The translations under genes and the position numbers were made by a program. A stretch of 64,000 nt of DNA, taken from a virus (Duplodnaviria; Caudoviricetes). The notes beneath the pieces are model-generated. The model saw only the letters and a list, made by a program, of their open reading frames with translations, did not search any database and had not been told where the DNA came from. The stretch is from positions 1-64,000 of IMG/VR virus record IMGVR_UViG_3300029288_007060; one strand, written 5' to 3'. Of this stretch, positions 15,901-26,938 are shown in pieces. How positions within the stretch are numbered: the stretch's first letter is position 1; each line of letters opens with the position of its first letter.

Positions 15901-16581
15901 TTATGCTTTCAATATTTCTAACGCCTTTTTTGTAAAGGCTTCGCGTGCTGCGAAACCTATAGTGCCGCCGTTGATTGCTTTCGTTATGCCCAGTATATCT
16001 AAAGAATCTGCCAGTGTGTTTAAATTATGGGTTGCCCAATACCACATGGCAATTCTAAAACCAACATTCTCACCAGCAGCAAAATCAGGATTGTTGTCTA
16101 AATCAATAGTTATAAATTGCCCTGCGGCCTTATAACTATTGCGTCCTGTAATTTGAATTGGTGAGCGTCCTCTGTACTTCCATCCGTCACCAGAGGCTTC
16201 GTTTCCGTTTCCCATTCTGTCACAATACACATGATTTGCAAGTTTTTCTGGCTGATATGCATATGGAGTTGCGGACTCTACGGTTGGAAATCTTTTGGGC
16301 CATGTTGACATCATTGCCTTTACAGAATAGTTTAAATTTTCGGTCCACTCTCGTAATTGATTTGACTCATGTGCAAGCTGTCCCAGAAAACAAGCAATAC
16401 GGTTGTTGGTATTAATCTGGCCCTCTTTCATTGCGTCTGAAAGACATTTTGCGTATGCTTGTACTTTATCACCAGGGCACTTTGGCATTATCTTTAATAA
16501 CTGCTCGCTAGTTATCATATCTTTTTCCTTATATCCCGGCAATTTGCCAGCAAATGTATTTTTTATAGTATTCCAAATCAT
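15901..16581 (-). CDS. glycoside hydrolase family 19 endolysin
   Basis: FLGQLAHES, ENLNYS, GDGWKYRGR, IQITGR, ITKAINGG; alternative start at 16518. Confidence 0.92.
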   Translation of the reverse strand: MIWNTIKNTFAGKLPGYKEKDMITSEQLLKIMPKCPGDKVQAYAKCLSDAMKEGQINTNNRIACFLGQLAHESNQLREWTENLNYSVKAMMSTWPKRFPTVESATPYAYQPEKLANHVYCDRMGNGNEASGDGWKYRGRSPIQITGRNSYKAAGQFITIDLDNNPDFAAGENVGFRIAMWYWATHNLNTLADSLDILGITKAINGGTIGFAAREAFTKKALEILKA

Positions 16582-16994
16582 TTGTTTTTGTCTGCCACAA
16601 TAAACCTAGAATTTTCTGTATTTTCTTCTTTAATGTCTTTGTTTGCAATAATAAAATTTGATTGTGGCTTTTGCTCTGTCTTTTCTTCACCATCGAATTT
16701 AACAATTGGTAATGACGCAAGTACTTGCTCTGGTAATTGGCCCTCTATCGTGGTTGTGGCACTTACAATCTTTTCTGCAACAAATGGATTTCGGCCATAT
16801 GCTCTACTATACAACTCCTCTTCAATCTCCTTCATCTTTGCTTCAATTACTTTTTCTGCGTTTTTCTTTCCTGCACCAAAGCCCCTATTCCAATTCGCGG
16901 ACACAAACATATACAAAGCGTATAGGTCTGCCATTGAAAGATTTTTTACACTAACATTATGGCCCTCTGCACCATCAACTTTCTTCTTAGGCAT
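16578..16994 (-). CDS. hypothetical protein
   Basis: AAGGAG RBS. Confidence 0.8.
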   Translation of the reverse strand: MPKKKVDGAEGHNVSVKNLSMADLYALYMFVSANWNRGFGAGKKNAEKVIEAKMKEIEEELYSRAYGRNPFVAEKIVSATTTIEGQLPEQVLASLPIVKFDGEEKTEQKPQSNFIIANKDIKEENTENSRFIVADKNK

Positions 16995-17006
16995 TTTCTT
17001 TCTCCT

Positions 17007-17711
17007 TTATATTAAATACTTCCTAACATACTTTTCTCTATGATATATGGTCTTTCCATATTTTTTAATCGCAGTCACTTGTTTCGGACAATAATATGAT
17101 TTGTTATTAACCCAGTTATAATCTGGGTGTGCCAACTTGGCCAACTCATCAATATGCTTATCTCTCTCTACTTTGGCCAAAATTGATGCTGCCGCGATAG
17201 AAATACATTTGCCATCACCTTTTACTATTGCTTCTTGAGGAGGCAATGTTATCTCTAATTCCTCTGCTAATTGCTGTATTACTTCTGGCTTATCAGCATA
17301 CCCAGCCCTAATCTTTTGCATCATTTGTTCTTTTGATGGTATTATTTTATTACCATCAATAATTATATACTCGGGCTTAACTGACATTTTTCGTATCGCT
17401 CTATAAACTGCCAAAAATCTGGCCCAGTAAATATTGATTCTGTCAATTTCTTCTACCGATGCTGTTGCAGTAGCATAAGAGAGAGCATACGAATGAACTC
17501 GCTGATATAGTATATCTCTTTCTTGTGCTGTTTTTTGTTTGGAATCATTTAGATCCGGGAGTAGAATTTTATAATCTACTCCCATCGAAAATGCAACTAT
17601 TCCAACCACAACATCGCCCGCAAAACAGCCCATGCCAGACTCGTCACAGCCTGCGACCACATGGAATCCCTGAAGATGCAATTCATTTTCTTTTTTATTA
17701 TCAGTTACCAT
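17007..17711 (-). CDS. rnhB: ribonuclease HII
   Basis: AGCDESGxG, LNDSK, IIDGN, VKGD..SIAAASILAKVERD. Confidence 0.93.
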   Translation of the reverse strand: MVTDNKKENELHLQGFHVVAGCDESGMGCFAGDVVVGIVAFSMGVDYKILLPDLNDSKQKTAQERDILYQRVHSYALSYATATASVEEIDRINIYWARFLAVYRAIRKMSVKPEYIIIDGNKIIPSKEQMMQKIRAGYADKPEVIQQLAEELEITLPPQEAIVKGDGKCISIAAASILAKVERDKHIDELAKLAHPDYNWVNNKSYYCPKQVTAIKKYGKTIYHREKYVRKYLI

Positions 17712-17743
17712 AATTATAATACTACACTTTCTTTGCTATAAAA

Positions 17744-19042
17744 TTACAGTATTTCGGACGCTAATGTTGCCAAAACAGAACGCTCGCCCTTTTTCAGTGT
17801 AACGTGTGCTGATATATTATATCCTTTAAATTTTTCAACAATACAAGATAAACCGTTATCGACACTGTCAATATAAGTATTGTCTATCTGAAATATATCG
17901 CCAGTTAATACAATCTTTGATCCTTCGCCGGCACGTGTAATAATTGTCTTGATTTCGTGTGAAGTGAGATTTTGGGCCTCATCAATGATAATAAATGACT
18001 TGGGAATTGACCGGCCTCTAATATAGGTTAATGCTTCAACTTCTATAAGTCCCGCCTCTCGCTGCATGTCTAAAAAATTAGCTCCCTTATCCGAAAATAG
18101 CAACTCCAGATTGTCCTGTAATGGTGCCATCCACGGTCGCATTTTTTCGTCGATATCTCCAGGAAGATATCCTAAATCTTTTCCCATAGGCTGTATTGGA
18201 CGAGTCATTATTAACTTTTTATAAGAGTGAGTGTCAAACAATTGGGCAATACCCGCCGCGGCTGCAAGCAATGTCTTTCCTGTGCCTGCTCTTCCAATAA
18301 GTGTCACTAATTTTATTTCCGGATTAAATAATGCGTCTAGCGCAAAAGCTTGTTCTTTGTTTCTTGAACAAATCCCCCAAATATCTCCTACTGTTTTGAC
18401 CTTTACTAAATTATTATCTTCGACTCTAGCCAACCCTGACTTCTTGGATATAGCTGATTTAATACAGATATATTGATTGGGAAAGAATCCATATGAATTA
18501 TTATCAAATGGCAAAAACCCATCTTTATGGAATTGATCTAATAATGTTTCATCGGCAATCTCTATGTCTTTAGTTCCATCATATATCATGTTGGGATTTT
18601 CAGCAACCGAGTCGGCATTGTAATCTTCTGACCTGACACCTAGCGCATCACACTTAACTCTAAGATTAATGTCCTTCGTGATCATTATAACTTTTCTGTC
18701 ATTATGATGCTCTTTTATTCCTAACGCGATGCCTATCAGTCTATTATCTGCTCTCGACGGATCTAGGCCCATAGGACATTTGTCATAATATCCCAACTCT
18801 ACTTTTAAAATGCCACCATTGGAAAGCTGGACACCCTCATGTATATTTCCTTTGGTTCTTAAGTCATCCAAAGTACGAATTACCATTCTGGCGTGTCTGG
18901 CTACTTCGTCGGAACCAACTTTTTTCTTATCTAGCTCGTCTAATACAACCAAAGGAAGTACTATTTCATTATCTCCGAATGCCGATAAAGCCTTCGGGTC
19001 ATGCAAAAGAACATTAGTATCGAGTATAAATATCTTAGTCAT
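17744..19042 (-). CDS. phoH: PIN domain-PhoH family ATPase
   Basis: ILDTNVLLHD PIN domain; GRAGTGKT; YIRGRS; IIDEAQN; GDxxQID. Confidence 0.93.
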   Translation of the reverse strand: MTKIFILDTNVLLHDPKALSAFGDNEIVLPLVVLDELDKKKVGSDEVARHARMVIRTLDDLRTKGNIHEGVQLSNGGILKVELGYYDKCPMGLDPSRADNRLIGIALGIKEHHNDRKVIMITKDINLRVKCDALGVRSEDYNADSVAENPNMIYDGTKDIEIADETLLDQFHKDGFLPFDNNSYGFFPNQYICIKSAISKKSGLARVEDNNLVKVKTVGDIWGICSRNKEQAFALDALFNPEIKLVTLIGRAGTGKTLLAAAAGIAQLFDTHSYKKLIMTRPIQPMGKDLGYLPGDIDEKMRPWMAPLQDNLELLFSDKGANFLDMQREAGLIEVEALTYIRGRSIPKSFIIIDEAQNLTSHEIKTIITRAGEGSKIVLTGDIFQIDNTYIDSVDNGLSCIVEKFKGYNISAHVTLKKGERSVLATLASEIL

Positions 19043-19084
19043 AAATTTGGGACTCCTGTTTTGTTTTTTATTTTCTTAATACTC

Positions 19085-19546
19085 TTAACTTCTACTTCCT
19101 CGTCTGTCTTTTCTAATCTGACATCTTTTTAGAATTTCTTGCACTTTTCTGTATTCTCCTACTTTTAATGGCGTTGGCACAACTGAGGTATTGTATTTTG
19201 ATTTAAGATTGTTGTACATTTTTCTTAAATATTCTTCTAACATCAATACATCTTGACCGCTTGTTATTTGCAGATAAATATTTTTTTTGTCCAGTTCTTC
19301 TTCTGGAAACAAATCAACATCTATTTGATAAGGCGTAATAACTATACTTATATTATCCAATCCCTTTAGAAAATCTGCTCTGCTGAAGCTGTCTGCCGTC
19401 TCATCCAGGTCAGATTCTGTGGCCGGATAAGCATCTGTTCCTACTCTAAGAACAATAAGATGTCCATTTAATTCTTTGCCAAGAATATGCTTTATTTCTA
19501 CTGGAACAAACTTACCTTGCTTATTTTTTATATAAAACTCTTCCAT
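19085..19546 (-). CDS. hypothetical protein
   Basis: TAATG overlap. Confidence 0.8.
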   Translation of the reverse strand: MEEFYIKNKQGKFVPVEIKHILGKELNGHLIVLRVGTDAYPATESDLDETADSFSRADFLKGLDNISIVITPYQIDVDLFPEEELDKKNIYLQITSGQDVLMLEEYLRKMYNNLKSKYNTSVVPTPLKVGEYRKVQEILKRCQIRKDRRGSRS

Positions 19547-19920
19547 TATTTTTTCCTAACAATAGACCATTCATTAAGATGAATCTCATAATATACATTA
19601 TTTCCTTCTATTTTTTTAATATATGAAGGCGTTTTCCACTGAGCTATTAAATTTTCTTTCTTTGCCGGAAGCCACCCTGATTGCTCTGGAGTTTTCCCAT
19701 TGTGCCAGGTTTTTTTATAAACATTTACATTGTTCGCGGTGTCTAGCTCTATCTCAATGCCTAACATTTCCATTTCATTACGAAACTCGTCAATATTTTT
19801 TAAATTCAGTATTTCGCGTGCAATTTTCAAATCTTCCAGTATATTGTTTATCCAGGCCAACCTCTCTTCATTGAGAACGCTGACACTGTCTGATAAATTG
19901 CACAAAATAATTTTCTGCAT
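19546..19920 (-). CDS. hypothetical protein, probably leaderless
   Basis: ATG 6 nt after GTGTAATAT. Confidence 0.75.
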   Translation of the reverse strand: MQKIILCNLSDSVSVLNEERLAWINNILEDLKIAREILNLKNIDEFRNEMEMLGIEIELDTANNVNVYKKTWHNGKTPEQSGWLPAKKENLIAQWKTPSYIKKIEGNNVYYEIHLNEWSIVRKK

Positions 19921-19959
19921 ATTATTATATTACACCAAAAGTCATGAAAAATCTTATAT

Positions 19960-22434
19960 TTAACCGCATTTACTGTAATTACAATCCAGACATTCATAGC
20001 ATCCATTTGAAAACTTGATATTAGTGCTGCCACAGTTTGAACACACTTTCTCTTTATTTTCTGTTACTATTGTTTCATCCTCAATATACTTATAAAGTAC
20101 TCTTAAAATGGCCTTGCTGAAATCCACCACAGTTCCATCAACCTTTGTTAATTGGTCCGTTATGAATGACATTGGGACTCCGTGCCTCAAACACGTAGAT
20201 ATTAGGCGTGTGATTATTCGATGTTCGTCACTTTGAATATATTTAGAAATATTCTTTATCTTAAAGTCGCACATATCAAGGTGATAGGCTCCGTCACCAT
20301 TTTTAACAATTGTGCCTTTCTTATATTTTGAGGATAATTCAAATGATTCTTGTGGCGCAGCAAAAACCTCATATGGTTTGCCATCGAGTAACCCCACCAA
20401 CACAGTCCATTTTTCTCCTCGAACAACTGTATTGTGGATGTCACATGGAAGTTCTGTTGGCCGTTTTGGAGATGATGCCATCATTATTCGCTCTGGCCTT
20501 TTGTCTTCTATCTTGCTTCCGTTCTCCAATATCTGTTGCTTGCACCCATCTCTATATACAGTGACACTCTTAATGCCCAATTTATATGTTTCTGTGTATG
20601 CATTTTTTACGTCTTCTACAGTAGCAGAATTGGGAAGGTTGATGGTTTTTGAAATACCTTGATCAATATATTTTGCAAACACTGCTTGCATTTTAATATG
20701 ATCCATCCATGATATCTCGTGAGATTCTTCAAAATATTCTGGAACACTTGTGTCCTTTTTCAACTCTTGTAGTGATAGTTTGTATTTTGAGTAGTCAATT
20801 TTATTCTTTTTTAACCACCTAGAAAATGCTGGCGACCCGTCAAAAAAAGAACCCACCCTTGAGTTTCTGGTAAAACACATTGAGTAATAGGGCTCACAAC
20901 CCTGTGAAAACCCCAGCATGGTTCCGGTAGTTCCAGTGGGCTGTTGAGTATTTAAATTAACATTGCGTATTCCATGTATCTTTATATTATTTTGTATTTC
21001 TTCTGGTAATGTCTTAAAAAATTCTGATTTAGAGAATCCTTCAAAATCAAATGCTGGAAAAGGCCCTCTTTCTTTGGCTAGTTCTATACTAGCCTCGTAT
21101 GATGTGTCCCTCAATACCTCAAGAATTTTTGCAGTGTACTCTCTTCCTTCTTCACTGGAATATTTTTTCTTTTCTAGTATTAGCAATTCTGCTATTCCAG
21201 TTGTGCCGAGCCCAATACGCCTTTCTCTTACGGTATTGGCATCTATATCTTCTTCGCCTATCTTGGTGATATCAATAATATTGTCCAGCCCTCTAATTGC
21301 TATTCTGATTGCTTCTTTAAAGTCCTCCCAATCAAATTTGCCATTTTTAAAGAAAGACGGCAAACAAATCGAACACAAGCAACACACACTATTTTTAGGA
21401 AGAAGAATTTCGCCACATGGGTTTGCTCCACAAATAGAATTGAAATACTCCCCGTTGTGAAACTTGCGGGCCACATCTATAAACATAATTCCGGGACATC
21501 CATCATCCCATGCGTTCCTACAAATGATGTCAAACCATTCTGACGCAGATACGTCATATGGACCTTTTACTAGCTTTAGATTTTGATTATTAAAATAAGG
21601 AATGGTGCAAGATGCTTTATAGAAAGCCATATTTTTATCTGGTGCTGTGACCTTAATGGTTTTGCCACATAAATCAAACTCCCACAAATGCCACTCTGAT
21701 CCGTCCCATTTCAAAATCCATGGTGTTTCGTCATTGTCAACGACTCTATTCATGAAATCATTAGAAAGCAACACACTTACATTGAACATCTGCCATTGAT
21801 GCGGATTATTCCACTGAAAGGATTCGAATTCTTTCTTGTCATTTATTGTAGCGAATTTTTTTATATTTTCCCAATTACTATTGCTTTTCTTCGTTATAAA
21901 TTCTAATAGGTCTGGGTGCCAATCTTCCAGCAATCCGAGATTTGCTCCGGAACGATTACCTCCTTGCTCAATATTAGAGCTTTGATAAGAGAAATCTCCG
22001 ATAAACCCTACTGCCCCTGAAGATCTGCTTTGATTTGTTTTACAAACACTGCCATGAGGCCGAAGTGTTGAAAAATTTAGGCCAGTGCCACCACCGTGAG
22101 CCTGAATATGAAAATGCTTGCGTTTTAGTTCAGAAATTGCCTCACGAGTATCGTCATCGAAACCGATCAAAAAGCAATTACACAAATTTTTAACATCTGT
22201 TCCTGCTTGCGCCAACATTCGGCCGGCAGGAACGATCTTCTTTTCGCGCCTATATTTTAATGCTTTTTGTCTATTTTCTTCTGTATCATTCTGAAATATA
22301 TGTTTGGTTTCTCTCTCGAACACGTCATCTATGTCATTTTCTATTAATTTTCCATCTTTATCTTTTAAAAAATAACGTGCCTTTGCTATTTCTAAATGTG
22401 CTGGGTTCAAAAAGTACTTTTTATTTAATCTCAT
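19960..22434 (-). CDS. nrdJ: class II (B12-dependent) ribonucleotide reductase
   Basis: PAGR, NCF, GGGTG, NPCGEI, RRIGLG, PTGT, ISKTIN, VYRDG, C-terminal Zn ribbon; no beta subunit nearby. Confidence 0.9.
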   Translation of the reverse strand: MRLNKKYFLNPAHLEIAKARYFLKDKDGKLIENDIDDVFERETKHIFQNDTEENRQKALKYRREKKIVPAGRMLAQAGTDVKNLCNCFLIGFDDDTREAISELKRKHFHIQAHGGGTGLNFSTLRPHGSVCKTNQSRSSGAVGFIGDFSYQSSNIEQGGNRSGANLGLLEDWHPDLLEFITKKSNSNWENIKKFATINDKKEFESFQWNNPHQWQMFNVSVLLSNDFMNRVVDNDETPWILKWDGSEWHLWEFDLCGKTIKVTAPDKNMAFYKASCTIPYFNNQNLKLVKGPYDVSASEWFDIICRNAWDDGCPGIMFIDVARKFHNGEYFNSICGANPCGEILLPKNSVCCLCSICLPSFFKNGKFDWEDFKEAIRIAIRGLDNIIDITKIGEEDIDANTVRERRIGLGTTGIAELLILEKKKYSSEEGREYTAKILEVLRDTSYEASIELAKERGPFPAFDFEGFSKSEFFKTLPEEIQNNIKIHGIRNVNLNTQQPTGTTGTMLGFSQGCEPYYSMCFTRNSRVGSFFDGSPAFSRWLKKNKIDYSKYKLSLQELKKDTSVPEYFEESHEISWMDHIKMQAVFAKYIDQGISKTINLPNSATVEDVKNAYTETYKLGIKSVTVYRDGCKQQILENGSKIEDKRPERIMMASSPKRPTELPCDIHNTVVRGEKWTVLVGLLDGKPYEVFAAPQESFELSSKYKKGTIVKNGDGAYHLDMCDFKIKNISKYIQSDEHRIITRLISTCLRHGVPMSFITDQLTKVDGTVVDFSKAILRVLYKYIEDETIVTENKEKVCSNCGSTNIKFSNGCYECLDCNYSKCG

Positions 22435-22492
22435 TAATAAATGTCTCCATTTCTAAGACAAAAATACTAACATACACCTATAATAAAATATA

Positions 22493-23113
22493 TTAGTATA
22501 AATCATCCATTATTTTATTCTTCTTAAGCTTTGATATTACTTGGTTTTTTATCTGTCTTACGCGCTCGTGGGTTAAATTACAACTATTTCCTACCGACCT
22601 TAATGTTTGTTGGTCTGATAGCCCAAAACCAAACATTTTTTCTATAATTTCCCTGTCTCTTTCGGGAAGTTCATTTAAAACATTGTTTATTTTTTGATAT
22701 GATTCTTTGGATATATAATCATCCTCAGGCGTGGTATTAATTACCTCTTCATTAAATTCTGATAATCCTGTATAAACAACTCTCTTTCTATTCGGGCAAT
22801 ATACTATATCAAATTTGCTTGCCGCACGCTTAACACTGTGCCTTATCCATCTTTCAGAATAAATAAAAAAATTAGGAAATAGTCTATAATCAAATTTTCT
22901 TACGGCCCTGATAAGCCCTATAAATCCTTCTTGTACCAAATCCTCATAATTTGTAAATTTCCTATATGGCTTGACAGTATTATAAACCAAAAATGACAGT
23001 TTGTTAACTATATTGTTCTGTAATTGTGTAACACTTTCCACATTAATATGTTTTTGAGAGTCTATCTGCTCAAATATTTTTATTATTTCTTTGTTTGTTA
23101 TAAATTTAGTCAT
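22493..23113 (-). CDS. sigma70-family RNA polymerase sigma factor
   Basis: EDLVQEGFIGLIRAVRKFD (region 2), LPERDREII..LTHERVRQI (region 4). Confidence 0.92.
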   Translation of the reverse strand: MTKFITNKEIIKIFEQIDSQKHINVESVTQLQNNIVNKLSFLVYNTVKPYRKFTNYEDLVQEGFIGLIRAVRKFDYRLFPNFFIYSERWIRHSVKRAASKFDIVYCPNRKRVVYTGLSEFNEEVINTTPEDDYISKESYQKINNVLNELPERDREIIEKMFGFGLSDQQTLRSVGNSCNLTHERVRQIKNQVISKLKKNKIMDDLY

Positions 23114-23202
23114 TTTTCCCGTCTATTTACAATAATACACCTATAGGTCATAAAATTATAAAAATCTAATATATGTTTTTGTGGGATTTTTGTGGTAGGA
23201 TT

Positions 23203-23706
23203 TTAGATATTTTTATTGGTTATTAACTTCAGGTCATTTAGTGCGTTGAGTGCCATTTTGTTTGTTTCAAGCGCATATTTGATTGCGTCGAAGGTTTTTC
23301 CTTGTTTTTTGCCATTCCAAAAATATATAATGAAGTTTGAATCTTGAATAAGTGGCCTATACGGCTGTTCGTCTTGTGGAGTTTTTTTAGAGTTACATAT
23401 GGTTATAGATCTGGCGTTATCACATCCCTTCTTCAGCAATTCTTTTTGCTCATCATACCAATCTTCTGATGTTATTTCTTGAGTAAAGGGTAAATATATA
23501 TGATATTTATGAGCGCCCTTTATATTAAGCACTTCTTCTACCGCCCAAAGACCAACCCCAATTTCTCCAATTATATTAAAAATTACATCCGTATTATATT
23601 GGCTTGCTAATAGACTAATAGTGTCATTAATCATATTTTTAACTGTTTCTTTTGAAGGAATAGAAAAATTTTCAGGGCTATGTCCAATTATGCCTATTTT
23701 ATACAT
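23203..23706 (-). CDS. SLOG family protein (YspA/DUF1273-like)
   Basis: IGIIGH, GVGLWA, YLPF, WNG..GKT..AIKYA. Confidence 0.7.
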   Translation of the reverse strand: MYKIGIIGHSPENFSIPSKETVKNMINDTISLLASQYNTDVIFNIIGEIGVGLWAVEEVLNIKGAHKYHIYLPFTQEITSEDWYDEQKELLKKGCDNARSITICNSKKTPQDEQPYRPLIQDSNFIIYFWNGKKQGKTFDAIKYALETNKMALNALNDLKLITNKNI

Positions 23707-23895
23707 CGTATTTCCTTTATCTTGTTCCGTCCACTATCTCGTCTAACATAGTGCGAATCGCTAATTTTATAACCTCGATGTCCTCTTCTTTGACTATAGA
23801 TTTTAATCTTTTCTGCAATTCGTGCAAGTCAACTGCTGGCGTTCCTTTAGCTGGAGAATTTCTGTCTACAATCAAGCTTCCCATTTTCTGCTCCT

Positions 23896-25299
23896 TTATG
23901 TTAAATCAAATCCACTTTCATCAAAATCATATGTAATATATTTTCCATTGCTCATGGTTTTTAATTCTATTGGCCCGCCCCAAACATTAAACAAATATTC
24001 CATAGTTTTTTCCATATATTTTTCGTCTAGTGTCTCGTTGTCTCTGTGCCTCAATATTAATGTATCTCCATCCACTTGGTCTATAGTAATCAAAGGAGCT
24101 CCATAATTATTGGTCGGTCGAATAATATTGTCGATAATTTTATTTAAATCTCTATCTTTTAATTCAATAATGCCATGCTCTTCGGTTAGTTGTTTGTCTT
24201 CTGGGTTTCGTTTAAGCCTGTATCCGTAATTAAACAATCCAATTTTTTCGGCCAACTCAACGGTAAGATAGTTTCTCAAGAAAGATGCGTCATCTTCTCC
24301 TGCCGCAACTTCTATTACCTTTTGTATTCCATTTATAGAAGATTTACCTTCTGAATGCAGTTTATCCCATCTTTCTCTAATATCTGTAAAAATTTTAAAC
24401 CCCAAATAATAAGGATTTATATTAAATGTATTTCCTGGGTTTATTACACCCGCGTGAGTTTTTGCAAAATCTAAATACTCTTGCTCGCTTAAGTTGGAAT
24501 ATTTATACATTAATTCTGCATGCCAGAATGATGCAAACCCCTCATTCATAATTTTTGTAACTACTATTGGATAAAAATAATATGATTCCTCTCTAATCAT
24601 AGAGAATATATCTCTTTCCCAGTTTTCTAATGGTGCGTAATTTATTAGGAACCACAAAATATCTTTTTCTGGATGTGGAGGAAGCTTATTTCCAATAACT
24701 CCCTTTTGTATGCTTCTGGTTTTTTTCTTGTTTATCAAATCATCAAATTCGCCTTTTTGACTTATTCGCTCTACTATTTGTTTTCCTGCATATTTTTCTC
24801 TAAAAAGGCCTTTGTGCCAATCAATATGGTTGTCTAACGCAAACCCTATATCCATAATGTGTTCTACTTTTTCTAATCCATATTTTTCTATATAATTATC
24901 GACTCGAGTTGCACGTTCGGCGGCCCTGTATATCATGCTTCTATCTGAACCTTTAAACATTACATTGTGTTTGAAAAAATGCACATGGCCAAAGACATGA
25001 GCTCCGACCATAATGTTTATAATATCTGGATTGGTATTTAAAAGAAAGGCATAGGATGGATCATTATTGAAAACAATTTCATAAACTTTGCTAAAACCCA
25101 TCTCTCCGTACAGCCGTTGGTGTTGATAGCTTCTTCCATAACTCCAATGTCGTGCGCGCACCGGAAGACCATATGAACACCCTTCTAGCATAATATTTTT
25201 GTCAACAAGTTCAAAAATTGTCGGAAAAAAATCTAAGCCCTCTTTTCTTGCCAATGTTTCGATTTCAGAAATAGCATTCATAACATATTCTTGGCCCAT
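23896..25299 (-). CDS. spoVR: SpoVR/YcgB family protein
   Basis: YGLPVRxxHWSYG, YEIVFN, AHVFGHVHFFK, TKIMNEGFASFWH, NPYYLG. Confidence 0.95.
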   Translation of the reverse strand: MGQEYVMNAISEIETLARKEGLDFFPTIFELVDKNIMLEGCSYGLPVRARHWSYGRSYQHQRLYGEMGFSKVYEIVFNNDPSYAFLLNTNPDIINIMVGAHVFGHVHFFKHNVMFKGSDRSMIYRAAERATRVDNYIEKYGLEKVEHIMDIGFALDNHIDWHKGLFREKYAGKQIVERISQKGEFDDLINKKKTRSIQKGVIGNKLPPHPEKDILWFLINYAPLENWERDIFSMIREESYYFYPIVVTKIMNEGFASFWHAELMYKYSNLSEQEYLDFAKTHAGVINPGNTFNINPYYLGFKIFTDIRERWDKLHSEGKSSINGIQKVIEVAAGEDDASFLRNYLTVELAEKIGLFNYGYRLKRNPEDKQLTEEHGIIELKDRDLNKIIDNIIRPTNNYGAPLITIDQVDGDTLILRHRDNETLDEKYMEKTMEYLFNVWGGPIELKTMSNGKYITYDFDESGFDLT

Positions 25300-25304
25300 A
25301 GTTT

Positions 25305-25763
25305 TTACCTCACGGTTCCTACCATAGTCACAGTTTTCCAATCAAAATTCAGCACACCCATCAAAACGTTATTGTCAATTAATTGATATTCGTCAATCAA
25401 GAGATGGCAACCGTTTGTGATTATTTTATTATAACCCATATAAAACATTAGTTCATTGGCATCACTACTAACAACACAAATTTTATTATTAGGAATTAAA
25501 AAATTGGTCGAGATGTTGTTTTTCATGTGTAAGTTGTGTGTTACTAATATATAATCTTCGCCCTTTAAAATAAAATCTTCTATCAGAAGAGACAGCATTG
25601 TTGTTTTTCCACTTTGTCTTGGTAAAGTGGAAACAAAGGCCCCGACTTGTGTCCAATACACAGGCTTAGTATAGTGAGAAGCAGCAATCTGTCTGGATTT
25701 TGCTTTCATATATATGTTGTGAAACCACCGCCATCGGTATAATTCTAAGTCTGTTAGTCTCAT
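25305..25763 (-). CDS. small P-loop protein resembling a terminase/helicase ATPase subdomain
   Basis: PRQSGKTT Walker A and LLIDE Walker B in 152 aa. Confidence 0.6.
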   Translation of the reverse strand: MRLTDLELYRWRWFHNIYMKAKSRQIAASHYTKPVYWTQVGAFVSTLPRQSGKTTMLSLLIEDFILKGEDYILVTHNLHMKNNISTNFLIPNNKICVVSSDANELMFYMGYNKIITNGCHLLIDEYQLIDNNVLMGVLNFDWKTVTMVGTVR

Positions 25764-26938
25764 GGCTGTTCCTTATTTTCTATCCCTAAAAATTGTCGCA
25801 GACACGAATAAATGTCTTCTTTCTTTTGTATCGCTGCTGTAATAAATCTCGGATGTTTGATGTGTTTTTTGAATTCTGTATGCAATGTGGACCATGAAAA
25901 AGAATTACCAGAGCTATTATAAAAACTGCTGGTGTCTATTTCTCCGTATCCAACAGCAGTGCACACATCTAAAAGCTCCGTTACTATATTTATACACTTT
26001 TCGTTATCAATACTCCAATTATCTCCATCACTAAATGCAAAAACATAATTATTCCATGCCGCAGGAGGATGGTTGGCCTGAATGTCCTCTAAAGCCAACT
26101 GATACGCAGAACTACACAAAGTTCCTCCGCTATTTGAGATTTTAAAAAAATCTTTTTCTGGGACTATGGCAGCTTCTGTATCATGGGCAACGAAAACAAG
26201 CTCGACATAACTATATTTGGTTTTGCAAAAATGAGCTAGCCAAAAAAAGAAGCTCTTGCATAAATATTTCTTATCGTCATCCATGCTGCCCGAACGATCC
26301 ATCAAAAAATAGACCGCGGCGTTTGAGTGGTATTCCTTTTCCACTTCCCAGGTTTTATATCTTAAGTCATCAGGATTGATTTTATGTATCCTAGGACTCC
26401 CCATCTTTGCATTACGCTTCATATTTTCATATACGGTCTTCTTCTTATCTACATTTGATAGCGGGCCCACATTGGATATATCAGTAAATTTTACATTTTC
26501 TGTCTCTACTTCTATGGCGCTGTCTTTTTGTTCCAACCAAGGAAGATTTAAATCTTCTAACATCATGTCTATGATTTCTGCTATAGTAATTTCTTCTTCG
26601 TATATTTCTTCGCCTTTATTGTCGCCAGCTTTATCCCCGTGACCTTGTTTTCCAGTGCCGTCATGCGCAATTGCGTCGCCTGGTTTATGCTTGTGGTCAC
26701 CTTGACCAACGCCTTCTTGATTCTTATTCTCGCCGTGCCTAAACCTATAGCTATCAAGATATCTAATTGGTATCTTGATTTTCTTATTGCCGTCAGAAGA
26801 TATGATGGAGGCATCGGTAACCAAATCTCTCAAGTTTTCTTTGATGGCCTTCTTAATTCTTTCAGCATGACGTTGGCCGTCTCTAGCACCACGACGTCTC
26901 ATTCTCCAGATATCCAATAAAGAATCAGACATTTTCAT
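25760..26938 (-). CDS. yeaH: YeaH/YhbH (DUF444) vWA-domain protein
   Basis: DLRYK, MDRSGSM, FVAHDTEA, SGGTxCSSAY, SDGDNW. Confidence 0.93.
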   Translation of the reverse strand: MKMSDSLLDIWRMRRRGARDGQRHAERIKKAIKENLRDLVTDASIISSDGNKKIKIPIRYLDSYRFRHGENKNQEGVGQGDHKHKPGDAIAHDGTGKQGHGDKAGDNKGEEIYEEEITIAEIIDMMLEDLNLPWLEQKDSAIEVETENVKFTDISNVGPLSNVDKKKTVYENMKRNAKMGSPRIHKINPDDLRYKTWEVEKEYHSNAAVYFLMDRSGSMDDDKKYLCKSFFFWLAHFCKTKYSYVELVFVAHDTEAAIVPEKDFFKISNSGGTLCSSAYQLALEDIQANHPPAAWNNYVFAFSDGDNWSIDNEKCINIVTELLDVCTAVGYGEIDTSSFYNSSGNSFSWSTLHTEFKKHIKHPRFITAAIQKKEDIYSCLRQFLGIENKEQP

